From Candidatus Tepidifontimicrobium thermophilum (GTDB taxonomy: Bacteria; Sysuimicrobiota; Sysuimicrobiia; Sysuimicrobiales; Sysuimicrobiaceae), in the NCBI GenBank assembly GCA_031459915.1, contig JAVKHO010000019.1:1-54326 (forward strand): a DNA stretch of 54,326 nt. Direction: 5' to 3'. This document shows positions 1 to 10,673 of the stretch, one piece after another. The position numbers were made by a program, and so were the translations under genes. The first letter of the stretch is position 1. The number at the start of each line of letters is the position of its first letter. Below the pieces are notes generated by a model. It ran no database searches. It was not told the DNA's origin and saw only the letters and a program-made list of their open reading frames with translations.

Positions 1-2
1 TG

Positions 3-179
3 CAGCGCTGCGTGCACTGCATGCTGTGCTGGCTGTACTGCCCGGACTCGGCGATCCGGGTGGCAGCCGGGCGGGTGGTGGGAGTGGACTACGACCACTG
101 CAAGGGCTGCGGGGTCTGCGCCGCAGTGTGCCCGCCCCGGGCCAGCGCCATCCGCATGGTCCCGGAGGGTGCGGCATGA
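3..179 (+). CDS. porD: 3' end of pyruvate/2-oxoacid:ferredoxin oxidoreductase delta subunit (2x[4Fe-4S]), partial
   Basis: Manual translation from nt 3: QRCVHCMLCWLYCPD...DYDHCKGCGVCAAVCP...*; two CxxCxxCxxxCP motifs; stop overlaps the porA start (ATGA). Confidence 0.85.
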   Translation, partial: QRCVHCMLCWLYCPDSAIRVAAGRVVGVDYDHCKGCGVCAAVCPPRASAIRMVPEGAA

Positions 180-1354
180 GCCGTCGCAGGGTGGGACTCA
201 CGGGCAACGAGGCGGTCGCGCTGGCGTGGAAGCAGATCCGGCCCCACGTGGTGGCGGCCTACCCCATCACCCCGGCCACCCAGATCGTGGAGCGGTTCAG
301 CGAGTACGTGGCCCAGGGCGAGGTGGACACGGAGTTCGTAGCCGCGGAGAGCGAGCACTCCGCCCTGTCCGCGTGCGTAGGGGCGGCCGCCGCGGGCGCC
401 CGCGTGCTGACCGCCACCGCCTCGCAGGGACTCGCCCTGATGCACGAGGTCCTGTACATCGCCAGCGGCCTTCGCCTGCCCATCGTCATGAACGTGGCCA
501 ACCGGGCACTGTCGGCCCCCATCAACATCCACGGGGACCACTCGGACACCATGGGGTCCCGGGACGCGGGATGGGTCCAGATCTACGCCCGCAGCGTCCA
601 GGACGCCTACGACCGCACCCTGCTGGCGGTGTGGGTGGCGGAGCGGGCCCGGCTGCCGGTGATGGTGTGTCTGGACGGGTTCACCCTTACTCACAGCCTG
701 GAACCCCTGGAGGTCTACCCGGACGAGGCGGTCCAGACGTTCCTGGGCGAGGCCCCCACGGACGGCTACACCCTGCTGGGCGGTGAGCCGATCACCGTGG
801 GGCCCCTCGCCCTGCCGGACTCCTACATGGAGTTCCGTCGGGCCCTGGCCGCGGCCATGGAGCGGGTGCCCCAGGTGCTCGAAGAGGGCGTGCGGGCCTT
901 CCGGGCGCACTTCGGGCAGGACCTGCCGTCTCTCGTGGACGCGCGGGGCACCGAGGACGCCGAGGTGGCCCTGGTCGTCCTCGGGAGCTACGCGGACGCC
1001 GTGGAGCAGGCGGCCTTGCGGGCTCGGGTGCGGGGGCAGCGGGCGGGCTTTGTACGGGTGGTGACCTTCCGTCCGTTTCCGACCACGCCCCTGCGGGAAG
1101 CGCTGGGCGGGGTGCGGGAAGTCGTGGTGCTGGAGCGGGCAGACACCCTGAGCGGCCTCGGAGGGCCCCTGGGCGTGGAAGTCCGGGCTGCCCTTTACGA
1201 TCTTGAGGTCCGGCCACGCTTCACGGACGTCATCTTCGGCCTGGGCGGACGGGAGCTGCGCGACGAGGAGCTGGACAACTTGCTGCGCGCGGGCCCTCCC
1301 GGCGGCGTGGTGTACCTGGGGGTGGAGGGAAGCCGTGTCCTTGAACTTGCGTGA
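176..1354 (+). CDS. porA: Pyruvate:ferredoxin oxidoreductase alpha subunit
   Basis: GNEAVA, AYPITP, ESEHSA, TATASQGLALM and NIHGDHSD motifs; ATG at 176 within ORF 26..1354. Confidence 0.9.
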   Translation: MSRRRVGLTGNEAVALAWKQIRPHVVAAYPITPATQIVERFSEYVAQGEVDTEFVAAESEHSALSACVGAAAAGARVLTATASQGLALMHEVLYIASGLRLPIVMNVANRALSAPINIHGDHSDTMGSRDAGWVQIYARSVQDAYDRTLLAVWVAERARLPVMVCLDGFTLTHSLEPLEVYPDEAVQTFLGEAPTDGYTLLGGEPITVGPLALPDSYMEFRRALAAAMERVPQVLEEGVRAFRAHFGQDLPSLVDARGTEDAEVALVVLGSYADAVEQAALRARVRGQRAGFVRVVTFRPFPTTPLREALGGVREVVVLERADTLSGLGGPLGVEVRAALYDLEVRPRFTDVIFGLGGRELRDEELDNLLRAGPPGGVVYLGVEGSRVLELA

Positions 1355-2258
1355 GCTGTCTCAACGGGCGCAGGGCCTGGCCCCGGGCCACCGGGCGTGC
1401 GCGGGCTGCGGGTTCCCCGTAGTGGTGCGGCTGTTGTTCGCGGTGGCCCGCCGGCCGCTCGTGGTGGTGAACGCCACGGGGTGCATGGAGGTGGTGACCA
1501 CCCTCTACCCGTACTCCGCTTGGCCAGTGCCGTACCTGCACAACGCCTTCGAGAACGCCGCGGCCACCGCTTCGGGGGTGGAGGCGGCGGTCCGGGCGCT
1601 GCAGCGGCGCGGCAGGCTTTCCTCCCCACCCAAAGTGGTGGCGATCGGGGGAGACGGGGGCACCTACGACATCGGTCTGCAGAGCCTCTCGGGAGCGCTG
1701 GAGCGCGGGCACGAGTTCCTCTACATCTGCTACAACAACGAAGCCTACATGAACACGGGCATCCAGCGCTCGAGCGCCACCCCGCAGGGCGCCCGGACCA
1801 CCACGAGCCCGGTGGGCCGGGTGCTGCGGGGGAAAGTGCAGCCCCGCAAGGACCTTACGGAGATCGTGGCGGCCCACGGGATCCCGTACGTGGCGCAGGC
1901 CAGCATCAGCCACTGGGCGGACCTGGGGCGCAAGCTCCAGAAGGCCCTGGAAGTCTCCGGCCCCAGCTTCGTGAACGTGCTCACGCCCTGCCAGCCCGGC
2001 TGGGACTACCCGCCGGAGCAGCTGGTGGAGGTGGCGCGCCGGGCCGTAGAGAGCCGCTACTGGCCCCTGTACGAGGTGGAAGGGGGGCGGTACCGCGTCA
2101 CCTACGTGCCGCGCGAGCCCGTGCCGGTGCGGGCGTTCCTGGAGATGCAGGGCCGTTTCCGGCACCTACTGGGTGACGAGGAGGCGGTAGAAGCCCTCCA
2201 GCGTTGGGTGGACGCGAACTGGGAGCGGTTGCGGGCAAGGGAAGCGAAAGACCACTAG
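1335..2258 (+). CDS. porB: Pyruvate:ferredoxin oxidoreductase beta subunit (TPP-binding)
   Basis: GHRACAGCG, TGCMEV, GGDGGTYDIG, NEAYMNTGIQRS; GTG at 1335 with GGAGGG SD. Confidence 0.9.
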   Translation: MSLNLRELSQRAQGLAPGHRACAGCGFPVVVRLLFAVARRPLVVVNATGCMEVVTTLYPYSAWPVPYLHNAFENAAATASGVEAAVRALQRRGRLSSPPKVVAIGGDGGTYDIGLQSLSGALERGHEFLYICYNNEAYMNTGIQRSSATPQGARTTTSPVGRVLRGKVQPRKDLTEIVAAHGIPYVAQASISHWADLGRKLQKALEVSGPSFVNVLTPCQPGWDYPPEQLVEVARRAVESRYWPLYEVEGGRYRVTYVPREPVPVRAFLEMQGRFRHLLGDEEAVEALQRWVDANWERLRAREAKDH

Positions 2259-2570
2259 GCGCCGCCCACGACAGACACCCTCGCCACAAGGGGCGCCAGA
2301 GAGAGAAAACGCGCTGAGGTTCGACAGCGCCCCGGATTGGCTTGCGGTCTCTGGCCCGCGGCCCGGAGGACAGCAAGGTCCCCCTTCGCGGGGCCGTCCG
2401 GTCTGCGACCGAGGGACTCCTCTCCCAACCGGATGACCGGGCAGGAGCGCAGACCCGTCTTCCTCAGCACCGTGCAGGACCGCTGAATCGAGCCTCGGAC
2501 GGATTCTGGCCGCCCGCCGGAGTTGCGTAACCTGCGCGGTGGAAGCGACGGATCGCAGGAGAGGTGACCC

Positions 2571-3458
2571 GTGGAAGGTGGAGAGCGCGCCCTTGCCACG
2601 CAGACGAGAGAATCCCGATCCGGACGGCGGCGGTTCCTGAAGACCCTGGGCGCGGGAGCCGCGACCCTGCTGGCTCTGGAGGTGCTGGAGAGCACCGCAC
2701 GACCCGCAGAGGCCGCGCCCGCGGCACCACCTGCAGCGCTCCCGGCCGAGCGCCCTCAGGAGGACGTGCTCCTGCGTATGCAGCGAGATCTCCAGAGAGC
2801 CTTGCGCAAACCCGCCCACCTGCGGCGGTGGGCGATGGTCATCGACCTGCGCAAGTGCGTGGGGTGTAGCGCGTGCACCATTGCGTGCGTCGCCGAGAAC
2901 AAGTTGCCGCCCGGGGTCGTGTACCGGCCCGTGGTGGACGAGGAGATCGGGACGTACCCCCACGTAACCCGGCGATTCCTCCCGCGCCCCTGCATGCAGT
3001 GCGACAACCCGCCGTGCGTCCCCGTCTGTCCTGTGAACGCCACCTACAAACGGGCCGACGGGATCGTGGCCATCAACTACGACCAGTGCATCGGGTGCCG
3101 CTACTGCATCGTGGCCTGCCCGTACAACGCCCGCACCTTCGACGCGGGGGAGCACTACACGGACGGCACGCCGGGACGTAGCCCCGTGGAGGAGGTGCCC
3201 AACTTCGAGTACGGGAAGCCCTGGAAGCGGGAGGGGGACGCCTCCCCCGTGGGGAACGCGCGGAAGTGCCACTTCTGCCTGCACCGGCTGGAAGCCGGGA
3301 TGCTGCCGGAGTGCGTCACGAGCTGCATCGGCCGTGCCACGTACTTCGGCGACGCGGAGGACCCCGAGGCCTTGGTGAGCGAGCTCATGCACCGGCCCAA
3401 CGCGGTCCGGCTGAAAGAGGAGCTCGGGACCAAGCCCCGCGTGTACTACCTGCTGTGA
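2571..3458 (+). CDS. ttrB: Tat-exported 4x[4Fe-4S] electron-transfer subunit (TtrB/NrfC-like)
   Basis: SGRRRFLK Tat motif; [41 protein letters not shown]...C motifs. Confidence 0.75.
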   Translation: MEGGERALATQTRESRSGRRRFLKTLGAGAATLLALEVLESTARPAEAAPAAPPAALPAERPQEDVLLRMQRDLQRALRKPAHLRRWAMVIDLRKCVGCSACTIACVAENKLPPGVVYRPVVDEEIGTYPHVTRRFLPRPCMQCDNPPCVPVCPVNATYKRADGIVAINYDQCIGCRYCIVACPYNARTFDAGEHYTDGTPGRSPVEEVPNFEYGKPWKREGDASPVGNARKCHFCLHRLEAGMLPECVTSCIGRATYFGDAEDPEALVSELMHRPNAVRLKEELGTKPRVYYLL

Positions 3459-3466
3459 GGTGGGGC

Positions 3467-4693
3467 ATGCGCAGACTCTTGTACGTGGTGTGGTTGGTGG
3501 CGTTCGGGCTGGGGCTGTGGGGCGTGGGGGAGCGCCTCGTGCTCGGGCACCGGTTGGCGGCGTACGGGTCCTACGTCGTGTGGGGTCTGTGGGTGTCCGT
3601 GTACATCTACCTGATCGGGCTTTCCGCGGGAGCGTTCCTCCTGTCGAGCCTGGTGTACGTGTTCCGGGTGGAGCGGCTGGAGCGGATCGGGAAGCTGGCT
3701 CTGTTCACGGCGGTGGTGACCCTGCTCACCGCGTTGCTGTCCATCTGGTTCGACCTGGGACACATGGAGCGTTTCTACCGCGTGTACACGAGCCCGAACT
3801 TCCGCTCCATGATGGCGTGGATGATCTGGTTGTACACAGGGTACTTCCTGGTGCTGCTGGGGGAGGCGTACCTCGCCTTTCGTCCCGACCTGGTCCGGTG
3901 GAGCCAGGAGGCCGGACGGAGCCGCCTGCAGCGGACGGTGGCGCGCTGGCTGACGTTGGGTCGTACCACCCTGGAGGGGGACGTCCTGGAGCGCGAGCGG
4001 AAGGTGCTCCAGGTCCTCGCCACGGTAGGTGTGCCGCTCGCGGTGGCGTTCCACGGAGGCGTAGGGGCGCTGTTCGCCACCGTGAGCGCGAAGATGTACT
4101 GGCACCAGTCCATCGTGCCCATCCTGTTCCTCACCGGGGCCCTGGTGAGCGGGGGAGGGTTGTTGACGGCGGTCGTGGCGTTCGCGTGGCCGCAGCGGGA
4201 CGGAGAGTACCGGGAGCTGGTGAGCCTGTTGGGCCGCGTCCTGCTCCTGCTGGTGGCGGTGGACGTGCTGCTGGAGTGGGCGGAGTTCTCCATCCCGCTG
4301 TGGTACGGCACGAGCCCTGAGGGTCACCTGCTGCAGGTCGTCCTGTTCGGGCCGTACTGGTGGGTCTTCTGGGTCCTGCACCTGGGGCTGGGAACGCTAG
4401 TTCCGGTGGTCCTCCTGGTCCTGCGGCCGCGGGACCCGGCGGCCGTGGGGTGGGCCGGGCTGCTGGTAGCGGCCACCTTCCTCAGCGTGCGGCTGAATGT
4501 CGTCATCCCTGCGCAGATCGAGCCCGCGCTGCGGGGGTTGGAACGGGCGTTCACCGGGCCGCGGCTGGTGTTCTCGTACGTCCCGAGCGTGCACGAGTGG
4601 CTGGTGACCCTCTTCGTCCTGGCCACCACCGCGGCCCTCCTGTGGTTGGGAGCGCGGCTTCTGCCCCTCATGGACACGGAGGTGGCGCGATGA
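3467..4693 (+). CDS. NrfD/PsrC-family membrane anchor (TtrC position)
   Basis: [30 protein letters not shown] motifs; about 10 hydrophobic segments; lies between the B and A subunits. Confidence 0.85.
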   Translation: MRRLLYVVWLVAFGLGLWGVGERLVLGHRLAAYGSYVVWGLWVSVYIYLIGLSAGAFLLSSLVYVFRVERLERIGKLALFTAVVTLLTALLSIWFDLGHMERFYRVYTSPNFRSMMAWMIWLYTGYFLVLLGEAYLAFRPDLVRWSQEAGRSRLQRTVARWLTLGRTTLEGDVLERERKVLQVLATVGVPLAVAFHGGVGALFATVSAKMYWHQSIVPILFLTGALVSGGGLLTAVVAFAWPQRDGEYRELVSLLGRVLLLLVAVDVLLEWAEFSIPLWYGTSPEGHLLQVVLFGPYWWVFWVLHLGLGTLVPVVLLVLRPRDPAAVGWAGLLVAATFLSVRLNVVIPAQIEPALRGLERAFTGPRLVFSYVPSVHEWLVTLFVLATTAALLWLGARLLPLMDTEVAR

Positions 4694-7600
4694 CGGAGCG
4701 CAACGGAGAGAACGGTAGGATAACGCGGCGCCAGCTGCTGAAGGCGGGGGCGCTGGTGGGCGGAGGGGCCCTGCTGGGCCAAGCGGGCAGACTGCTGGCC
4801 TCGGCTCAGGAGGTGGCGCAGAGTCCGGCCGTCCAGTACCCGCTGGCTCAGGCGGAGAACCAGCTGTACTCCTCCTGCCTCATGTGCAACACCGGCTGCG
4901 GCATCAAGGTGAAGGTGCTGGACGGGGTGGCGGCCAAGATCGACGGAAACCCCTACAACCCCTTCAACCTGGTGCCGCACGTGTCGTACAAGACCGCGCC
5001 GCACCAGGTAGCCGGAGTGGATGCGCCCCTGTGCCCGAAGGGACAGGCCGGGCTGCTGAGCGTGTATGACCCCTACCGCCTGCGGGTGGTCCTGAAGCGG
5101 GCGGGCCCCCGGGGCTCGAACAAATGGCGCACCATCCCCTTCGACCAGGCGGTGCGGGAGATCGTGGACGGCGGCAAGCTGTTCGCGGACATCGGCGAGG
5201 ACCGCCACGTGCCCGGGCTGCGCGAGCTGTGGGCCCTGCGGGACCCCAAGGTGGCCAAGGAGATGGACGCGTTCGTGCGGCGCATCCGGGCGGAGAAGGA
5301 CCCGGCGAAGAAGCAGGCCCTGGTGAGGGAGTTCCAGCAGACTTTCCGCGACCACCTGCACACGCTGATCGACCCCGACCATCCAGACCTTGGGCCCAAG
5401 AACAACCAGTTCCTGTACTTCTGGGGCCGCCAGAAGGCGGGAAGGACGGAGTTTGCGCGCCGGTTCGTACAGGAGAGCTTCGGGTCGGTCAACTTCCACG
5501 GCCACACCACCGTCTGCCAGGGGTCCCTGTACTTCGCCTGCAAGGCCATGAGCGAGCAGTACGAGTTCGACGAGAAAGACGGCAAGATGAAGTGGACGAA
5601 GGGCCGCAAGTTCTACTGGCAGGCGGACACCGAGCACAGTGAGTTCGTGGTCTTCGTGGGCGCTTCTCCCTTCGAGGGGAACTACGGACCCACCAACCGG
5701 GTGCCGCGCCTGACGGAGGGGCTGGCGACCGGACGGCTGAAGTTCGCGGTTGTGGACCCGCGGCTGTCCAAGACGGCGGCGAAGGCGTGGAAGTGGATTC
5801 CCGCAAGACCGGGAACCGAGGGCGCGCTGGCCCTGGCCGTGATCCGGTGGATCCTGGACCACCAGCGGTACGACGCCCGGTACCTGCGCAACGCCAACAA
5901 GGCCGCGGCGGAGGAGGACGGGGAGCCCACGTGGTGCAACGCCACCTGGCTGGTGAAGCTGGAGAAGGGTAGGCCGGAAGGGTTCCTGCGGGCCTCGGAC
6001 CTCGGGCTGCCGGTCCAGAAGCGCAGCCAGGAGGTCAAGGGCAAGCGGGTGGAGTACGAGTTCGACCCGTTCGTGGTGCTGCGGGATGGCAGGCCGGTCC
6101 CCTTCGACCCGTACGACGAGCAGAACCCCGTGGAGGGAGACCTTCTGGTGGACACGACCCTGAACGGGATCCGGGTGAAGAGTGGGCTGCAGCTGCTGGG
6201 GGAGGAGGCACGTCGGCACAGCCTGCAGGAGTGGGCGGAGATCTGCGGGGTGCGGGCGGAGGACATCGAAGAACTGGCCCGGGAGTTCACCAGCCACGGC
6301 AAGCGGGCGGCGGCAGACATCCACCGCGGGGTGAGCCAGCACACCAACGGGTTCTACAACGTGTGGGCGTGGATGACCCTGAACGTGCTGATCGGCAACC
6401 TGGACTGGAAGGGGGGCATGGCCTCCGCGAAGGTGTACGACCCGAGCGGCGAGAAGGAGGGGCAGCCCTTCAACCTGAAGGAGCTGCACCCGAAGCGCAC
6501 CACGCCCTTCGGGGTGAGCATCATCCGGCACGAGACGAAGTACGAGGAGTCCACGTTGTTCCGGGGCTATCCTGCGAAGCGGCCCTGGTACCCCCTGTCC
6601 AGCGACGTCTACCAGGAGATCGTTCCGTCCATCGGGGACGCCTACCCCTACCCCATCAAGATCGCGTTCCTGTACATGGGGTCGCCGGCCTACTCCCTGC
6701 CCGCAGGGCACACCACCATCGAGGTCCTGAAAGACCCGAACAAACTGCCGCTCTTCGTGGCCGTGGACATCACGGTGGGCGAGACGTCCATGTACGCGGA
6801 CTACATCCTGCCGGACCTGTCGTACCTGGAGCGGTGGGAGTTTCAGGGCAGCCACCCGAACATGACGGTGAAGGTGCAGCCCGTGCGGCAGCCGGTGATC
6901 CCGCCCGTGCCGGAGACCGTGCGGGTGTTCGGGGAGGAGATGCCGATTTCCCTGGAGGCGTTCCTGCTGGCGTGCGCGGAGCGGCTGGGGCTGCCCGGTT
7001 TCGGGAAGGACGGTTTCGGGCCGGGGCAGGACTTGCGGCGGCCGGAGGACTTCTACCTGAAGATGGTGGCCAACGTGGCGGCGGGTGACAGACCCGGGGA
7101 CGCGGTCCCGGACGCCTCCGACGAGGAGGTGCGCCTGTTCCTGCAGGCCCGCCGACACCTGCCGAAGAGTGTGTTCGATCCGGAGAAGTGGAAGCGGGCA
7201 GTGGGCGAAGCCTGGTGGCGGAAGGTCGTTTACGTGCTGAACCGGGGCGGCCGGTTCCAGGAGTACCAGAAGGCCTTCAAAGGGGAGCAGCTGGCGAACC
7301 AGTACGGCACCCTGGTCAGCATTTACTCGGAGAAGGTGGCGAAGACCAAGAACAGCATGACCGGCAAACCCTTCCCTGGGCTGCCGGCCTACATCCCCGC
7401 GCCGCGGGACGCCCTCGACCGGCCGGTGGAGGACGAGAAGGCAGGCTACGACCTGCACCTGATCACTTACCGGGAGGTGAGCCACACGAAGTCCCGGACC
7501 GGAACCAACTACTGGCTGCTGGCCCTGCTGCCCGAGAACTTCGTCCTCGTGCACCGGCAGGACGCGGAGCGCCTGGGCCTGAAAGACGGGGACTTGGTGC

Positions 7601-7929
7601 GGGTGACCTCCGCGAGCAACCCGGACGGCATGTGGCCGGTGCTGGACGGCCACAGCAAGCCTATGGTGGGCCGCGTCCGGGTTACGGAAGGGATCCGGCC
7701 GGGTGTGGTGGCGTTCTCCCTGGGCCACGGTCACTGGGCGTACGGGTCCGTGGACCTGGTGATCGACGGGAAGGTGCTGAAGGGCGACGCGCGGCGGGGC
7801 CGGGGGATCCACGCAAACGCCGCCATGCGGGTGGACCCCGTGTTGAAGAACGTGTGCCTGAGCGACCCCGCAGGGGCCAGCGCGGTGTTCTACGACACGC
7901 GGGTGAAGCTGGTGCGGGAAGCTTCCTGA
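4690..7929 (+). CDS. ttrA: Molybdo/tungsto-bis-PGD oxidoreductase catalytic subunit, tetrathionate reductase (TtrA/SrdA)-like
   Basis: TRRQLLK Tat motif; CLMCNTGC...GNPYNP...LCPKG FS0 motif; HTTVCQ Cys ligand; about 1080 aa and B-C-A gene order typical of the Ttr/Srd clade; substrate not proven. Confidence 0.7.
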   Translation: MTERNGENGRITRRQLLKAGALVGGGALLGQAGRLLASAQEVAQSPAVQYPLAQAENQLYSSCLMCNTGCGIKVKVLDGVAAKIDGNPYNPFNLVPHVSYKTAPHQVAGVDAPLCPKGQAGLLSVYDPYRLRVVLKRAGPRGSNKWRTIPFDQAVREIVDGGKLFADIGEDRHVPGLRELWALRDPKVAKEMDAFVRRIRAEKDPAKKQALVREFQQTFRDHLHTLIDPDHPDLGPKNNQFLYFWGRQKAGRTEFARRFVQESFGSVNFHGHTTVCQGSLYFACKAMSEQYEFDEKDGKMKWTKGRKFYWQADTEHSEFVVFVGASPFEGNYGPTNRVPRLTEGLATGRLKFAVVDPRLSKTAAKAWKWIPARPGTEGALALAVIRWILDHQRYDARYLRNANKAAAEEDGEPTWCNATWLVKLEKGRPEGFLRASDLGLPVQKRSQEVKGKRVEYEFDPFVVLRDGRPVPFDPYDEQNPVEGDLLVDTTLNGIRVKSGLQLLGEEARRHSLQEWAEICGVRAEDIEELAREFTSHGKRAAADIHRGVSQHTNGFYNVWAWMTLNVLIGNLDWKGGMASAKVYDPSGEKEGQPFNLKELHPKRTTPFGVSIIRHETKYEESTLFRGYPAKRPWYPLSSDVYQEIVPSIGDAYPYPIKIAFLYMGSPAYSLPAGHTTIEVLKDPNKLPLFVAVDITVGETSMYADYILPDLSYLERWEFQGSHPNMTVKVQPVRQPVIPPVPETVRVFGEEMPISLEAFLLACAERLGLPGFGKDGFGPGQDLRRPEDFYLKMVANVAAGDRPGDAVPDASDEEVRLFLQARRHLPKSVFDPEKWKRAVGEAWWRKVVYVLNRGGRFQEYQKAFKGEQLANQYGTLVSIYSEKVAKTKNSMTGKPFPGLPAYIPAPRDALDRPVEDEKAGYDLHLITYREVSHTKSRTGTNYWLLALLPENFVLVHRQDAERLGLKDGDLVRVTSASNPDGMWPVLDGHSKPMVGRVRVTEGIRPGVVAFSLGHGHWAYGSVDLVIDGKVLKGDARRGRGIHANAAMRVDPVLKNVCLSDPAGASAVFYDTRVKLVREAS

Positions 7930-7964
7930 GGCACGGCCGGCGCACGAGGGTGTCCTGCAAAGGA

Positions 7965-7987
7965 TGACGGACGGAACCGGTCCGTCA
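7965..7987. promoter_or_regulatory. Palindromic operator TGACGGAC-N7-GTCCGTCA (motif B)
   Basis: Perfect 8-7-8 inverted repeat upstream of the Arr/Arx-like operon; same ACGGAC-N7-GTCCGT core as 20021..20039. Confidence 0.55.
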
Positions 7988-8022
7988 AGTCGTTTATCCC
8001 TCGGGTCAAGAACGGATTGAGA

Positions 8023-8067
8023 ATCGGTTCCGTCCCCGACCCCGTCCCGTCCGGCGGCTCGTAGCAT
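8023..8067 (+). promoter_or_regulatory. Motif A site (ATCGGT-N6-CCCGAC) plus -10-like TAGCAT
   Basis: 18-bp site 8023-8040; TAGCAT starts at 8062, 39 nt after the site start. Confidence 0.55.
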
Positions 8068-8099
8068 GTCCTCTCAGAGACGGGACCGCGGGGTGCACG

Positions 8100-10664
8100 A
8101 TGAAGCTTACGCGACGGACGTTTCTGCGGACCTCTGTCGCCGCAAGCGGCAGCCTTCTGGCCGGGCGGCTGCTGTTCGGTGATCTGGAGACGCTCCGGGC
8201 AGCTCCGCGTGGCGTCCCCGGGGCCGTGGAGGAGTGGGTCCCGACCGCATGCTGGATCGGCAAACAGGACTGCGGGATGCTGGCGCGGCGCATCGACGGT
8301 CGCGTGGTGAAGCTGGTCGGCCACCCCGGCCACCCCCGCAACCGAGGGACGCTCTGCCCCAAGGGCGCAGCTCAGATCATGGCCCTCTACGACCCCAACC
8401 GGGTGAAGACGCCCCTGATCCGCACCAACGAGAAGGGAGTCCCCGGCCGGTGGCGGCAGGCCACCTGGGAGGAAGCCCTCACCTTGGTGGCGCAAAAAAT
8501 GCGGGAGGTTCGGGCCAAGGAGCCGAGCCTTCTTGTGTGGCAGAAGGGACGCAGCAAGGCCAAGGCCTTCTACGACGAGGCGTTCGTCAAGGCCACGGGT
8601 GCGACCAGGCTGCACCACGGGGCGTTCTGCTCGGACGCGGGGTACAGGGCAGGGGAGTACACCGTCGGGATCAGCGGCGTCCTGCATCCGGACTTCCGGC
8701 ACTGCCGCTACCTGCTGGCCTGGGGCTACAACCTCACCAACGCGGGGGGTAACCAGCTCTGCTGGATCACCTGGCCGCAGCAGCTCATCCAGGCAAGGGA
8801 GCGCGGGATGAAGGTAGTGGCCGTCGACCCGCGGCTGCGGGGAACGGCCCACTTCGCGGACGAGTGGCTGCCCATCCGGCCGGGCACGGACCTAGCGCTG
8901 GCGTTGGCCCTGTGCCACGAACTCATCGCCCTGGGAGCAGTAGACCGTGAGTACCTGGCCCGGTACACCAACGCGCCCTTTTTGGTCCAGGAGGACGGCT
9001 TTTTCCTCCGTCGCGAAGGCAAGGAGCAGGTGTGGGAGCTCCGGGCGGGTGGGCCGAGGCCTCATGACGCGGGGGACGCTTCGCCAGCCCTCGAAGGCAC
9101 CTTCGTGGCGGACGGGAAGCGTGTCAAGCCGGCCTTTCAGGTTCTGAAGGAGCACCTGGCCCGCTACACCCCCGAGTGGGCTTCCGAGGTGTGCGGGGTG
9201 CCCACGGAGCAGATCCGGCGGGTGGCCCGGGAGCTGGCGGAGAACGCCCGCATCGGGAGCACGGTGGTGGTGGATGGAGTCCGGATCCCATACCGGCCCG
9301 TGGCCATCATGGCCTACCACGTGAGCCAGCAGGAGCTGGGATTCCAAGCGGTCCGGGCCATGCTGCTGGTGGTGATGTTGCTGGGCGCGGTGGGAGCGGT
9401 TGGAGGTCAGCGGCTGGACGTCGGGCCGTGGAAGGTGCACGAGAACTTCGAGAAGCTGGAACACGTTGAGATCAAGGACCCTCCGTACAACGTGTGGCTG
9501 AAGGACTCCAAGTTCTTCCCCATCAACAGCAACAACTCCTCCATCGTCGCAAAGGTCATGCAGGATCCGCAAAAGTACGGGGTCAAGCAAATCCCCGAGA
9601 TGGTCATCGTGCACATGTCCAACCCCCTGGTGGCGTTTGCGTCCACTCCGGACCTGGAGGAGGCCTACCGGAAGTTCAAGTTCGTGGTGGTGATCGATCC
9701 CTGGCTGTCGCGGACCGCGGACCTATTTGCGGACGTGGTCCTGCCTGCCAGTACCCTGGAGAAGTACGAGGGCCCGCTGGCGGCCACGGACCAGTACGTG
9801 GACGCGGTGGCCCTGCGGGTGCCGGTGATGGAACCCCTGTTCCAGAGCCGGGGGGAGATCGAGATCTACCTGGACCTGTGCGAGAAGGCCGGGGTGCTCT
9901 ACGGGAAGGACGGCTACCTGGACCACCTGAACGAGGCCCTCAAGCTGAAGGAACCCTACCGGCTCCCGGTGGACCGGAAGCCCACGGTACGGGAGATCTT
10001 CGACCGCTGGGCCAAGTCGGAGGGGATTGCCGAAGGGGTGGCCTACTTCGAGAAGCACGGGGTGAAGATCAAGGGTGCGGTACCTGCCACCAAGTTCTAC
10101 GGGTACGCCACGGACCCGCCCTTCGGCGGGGTACGGCACCGGCTGTACGGGGAGGCGCTGCTCCGCTACCGGCTGGAGATGCGCGAGCGGGGAGTGCCGG
10201 AGATCTACTGGCGGGACTACACCCCGCTTCCTACCTGGCGGAAGCCCACCATGGAGGGCTCGCCACCGGAGTACGACCTGTACCTGGTGAGCTTCAAGCG
10301 GATCGAGCACAAGCAGTCGCGCTCCTCGCAGGTGCCGCTGCTGGCGGAGCTCGCCCGGCAGGCTTACGTGGAGATCAACCCCCGCACGGCGCGGGCGAAA
10401 GGGATCCGGGACGGGGAGCAGGTGTGGGTGGAGTCCCACAACGCGGTCACCGGGGAGACCCGTCGGGTGCGGGCGGTGGCACGCTACCGGGAAAGCATCC
10501 GCCCCGACACCGTCGCCATGCCCCACCACTTCGGGGGCGTCGCCCGACACCCGTGGGCCGACGGACAGGGGCCGTCCCCCAACTCCCTGTTCTTCACAGG
10601 AGAGGGCTACGTGGCCAACACCGCGGACCAGTCCTTCCACGTGAAGGTACGGGTTTACAAGTAG
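8100..10664 (+). CDS. Tat-exported molybdopterin oxidoreductase catalytic subunit, divergent ArrA/ArxA-like
   Basis: TRRTFLR Tat motif; C-X2-G-X3-C-X27-C FS0 motif; QKGRSK and HHGAFCSD at the positions of the Arr/Arx GR motif and Cys ligand; 854 aa. Confidence 0.75.
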   Translation: MKLTRRTFLRTSVAASGSLLAGRLLFGDLETLRAAPRGVPGAVEEWVPTACWIGKQDCGMLARRIDGRVVKLVGHPGHPRNRGTLCPKGAAQIMALYDPNRVKTPLIRTNEKGVPGRWRQATWEEALTLVAQKMREVRAKEPSLLVWQKGRSKAKAFYDEAFVKATGATRLHHGAFCSDAGYRAGEYTVGISGVLHPDFRHCRYLLAWGYNLTNAGGNQLCWITWPQQLIQARERGMKVVAVDPRLRGTAHFADEWLPIRPGTDLALALALCHELIALGAVDREYLARYTNAPFLVQEDGFFLRREGKEQVWELRAGGPRPHDAGDASPALEGTFVADGKRVKPAFQVLKEHLARYTPEWASEVCGVPTEQIRRVARELAENARIGSTVVVDGVRIPYRPVAIMAYHVSQQELGFQAVRAMLLVVMLLGAVGAVGGQRLDVGPWKVHENFEKLEHVEIKDPPYNVWLKDSKFFPINSNNSSIVAKVMQDPQKYGVKQIPEMVIVHMSNPLVAFASTPDLEEAYRKFKFVVVIDPWLSRTADLFADVVLPASTLEKYEGPLAATDQYVDAVALRVPVMEPLFQSRGEIEIYLDLCEKAGVLYGKDGYLDHLNEALKLKEPYRLPVDRKPTVREIFDRWAKSEGIAEGVAYFEKHGVKIKGAVPATKFYGYATDPPFGGVRHRLYGEALLRYRLEMRERGVPEIYWRDYTPLPTWRKPTMEGSPPEYDLYLVSFKRIEHKQSRSSQVPLLAELARQAYVEINPRTARAKGIRDGEQVWVESHNAVTGETRRVRAVARYRESIRPDTVAMPHHFGGVARHPWADGQGPSPNSLFFTGEGYVANTADQSFHVKVRVYK

Positions 10665-10673
10665 GAGGTCGGG

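Noticed and set aside
2481..2545. GCTGAATC resembling the 5' end of a c-di-AMP (ydaO) riboswitch
   Set aside because: Downstream conserved elements are absent and the length is insufficient
7664..7673. TGGTGGGCCG match to the tRNA-Lys 3' end as an att site
   Set aside because: Only 10 nt, inside the ttrA coding sequence; expected by chance
4324..8067. 1247-aa minus-strand ORF and many other long antisense or alternate-frame ORFs (e.g. 20281..22713, 9723..11369, 52742..54292)
   Set aside because: Shadows of real genes in high-GC DNA; no recognisable motifs
8100..10664. Assigning the symbol arrA or arxA
   Set aside because: Neither the GRY nor the GRGW motif nor the four-Cys FS0 motif is present, and there are no ars/arxXSR genes in the window
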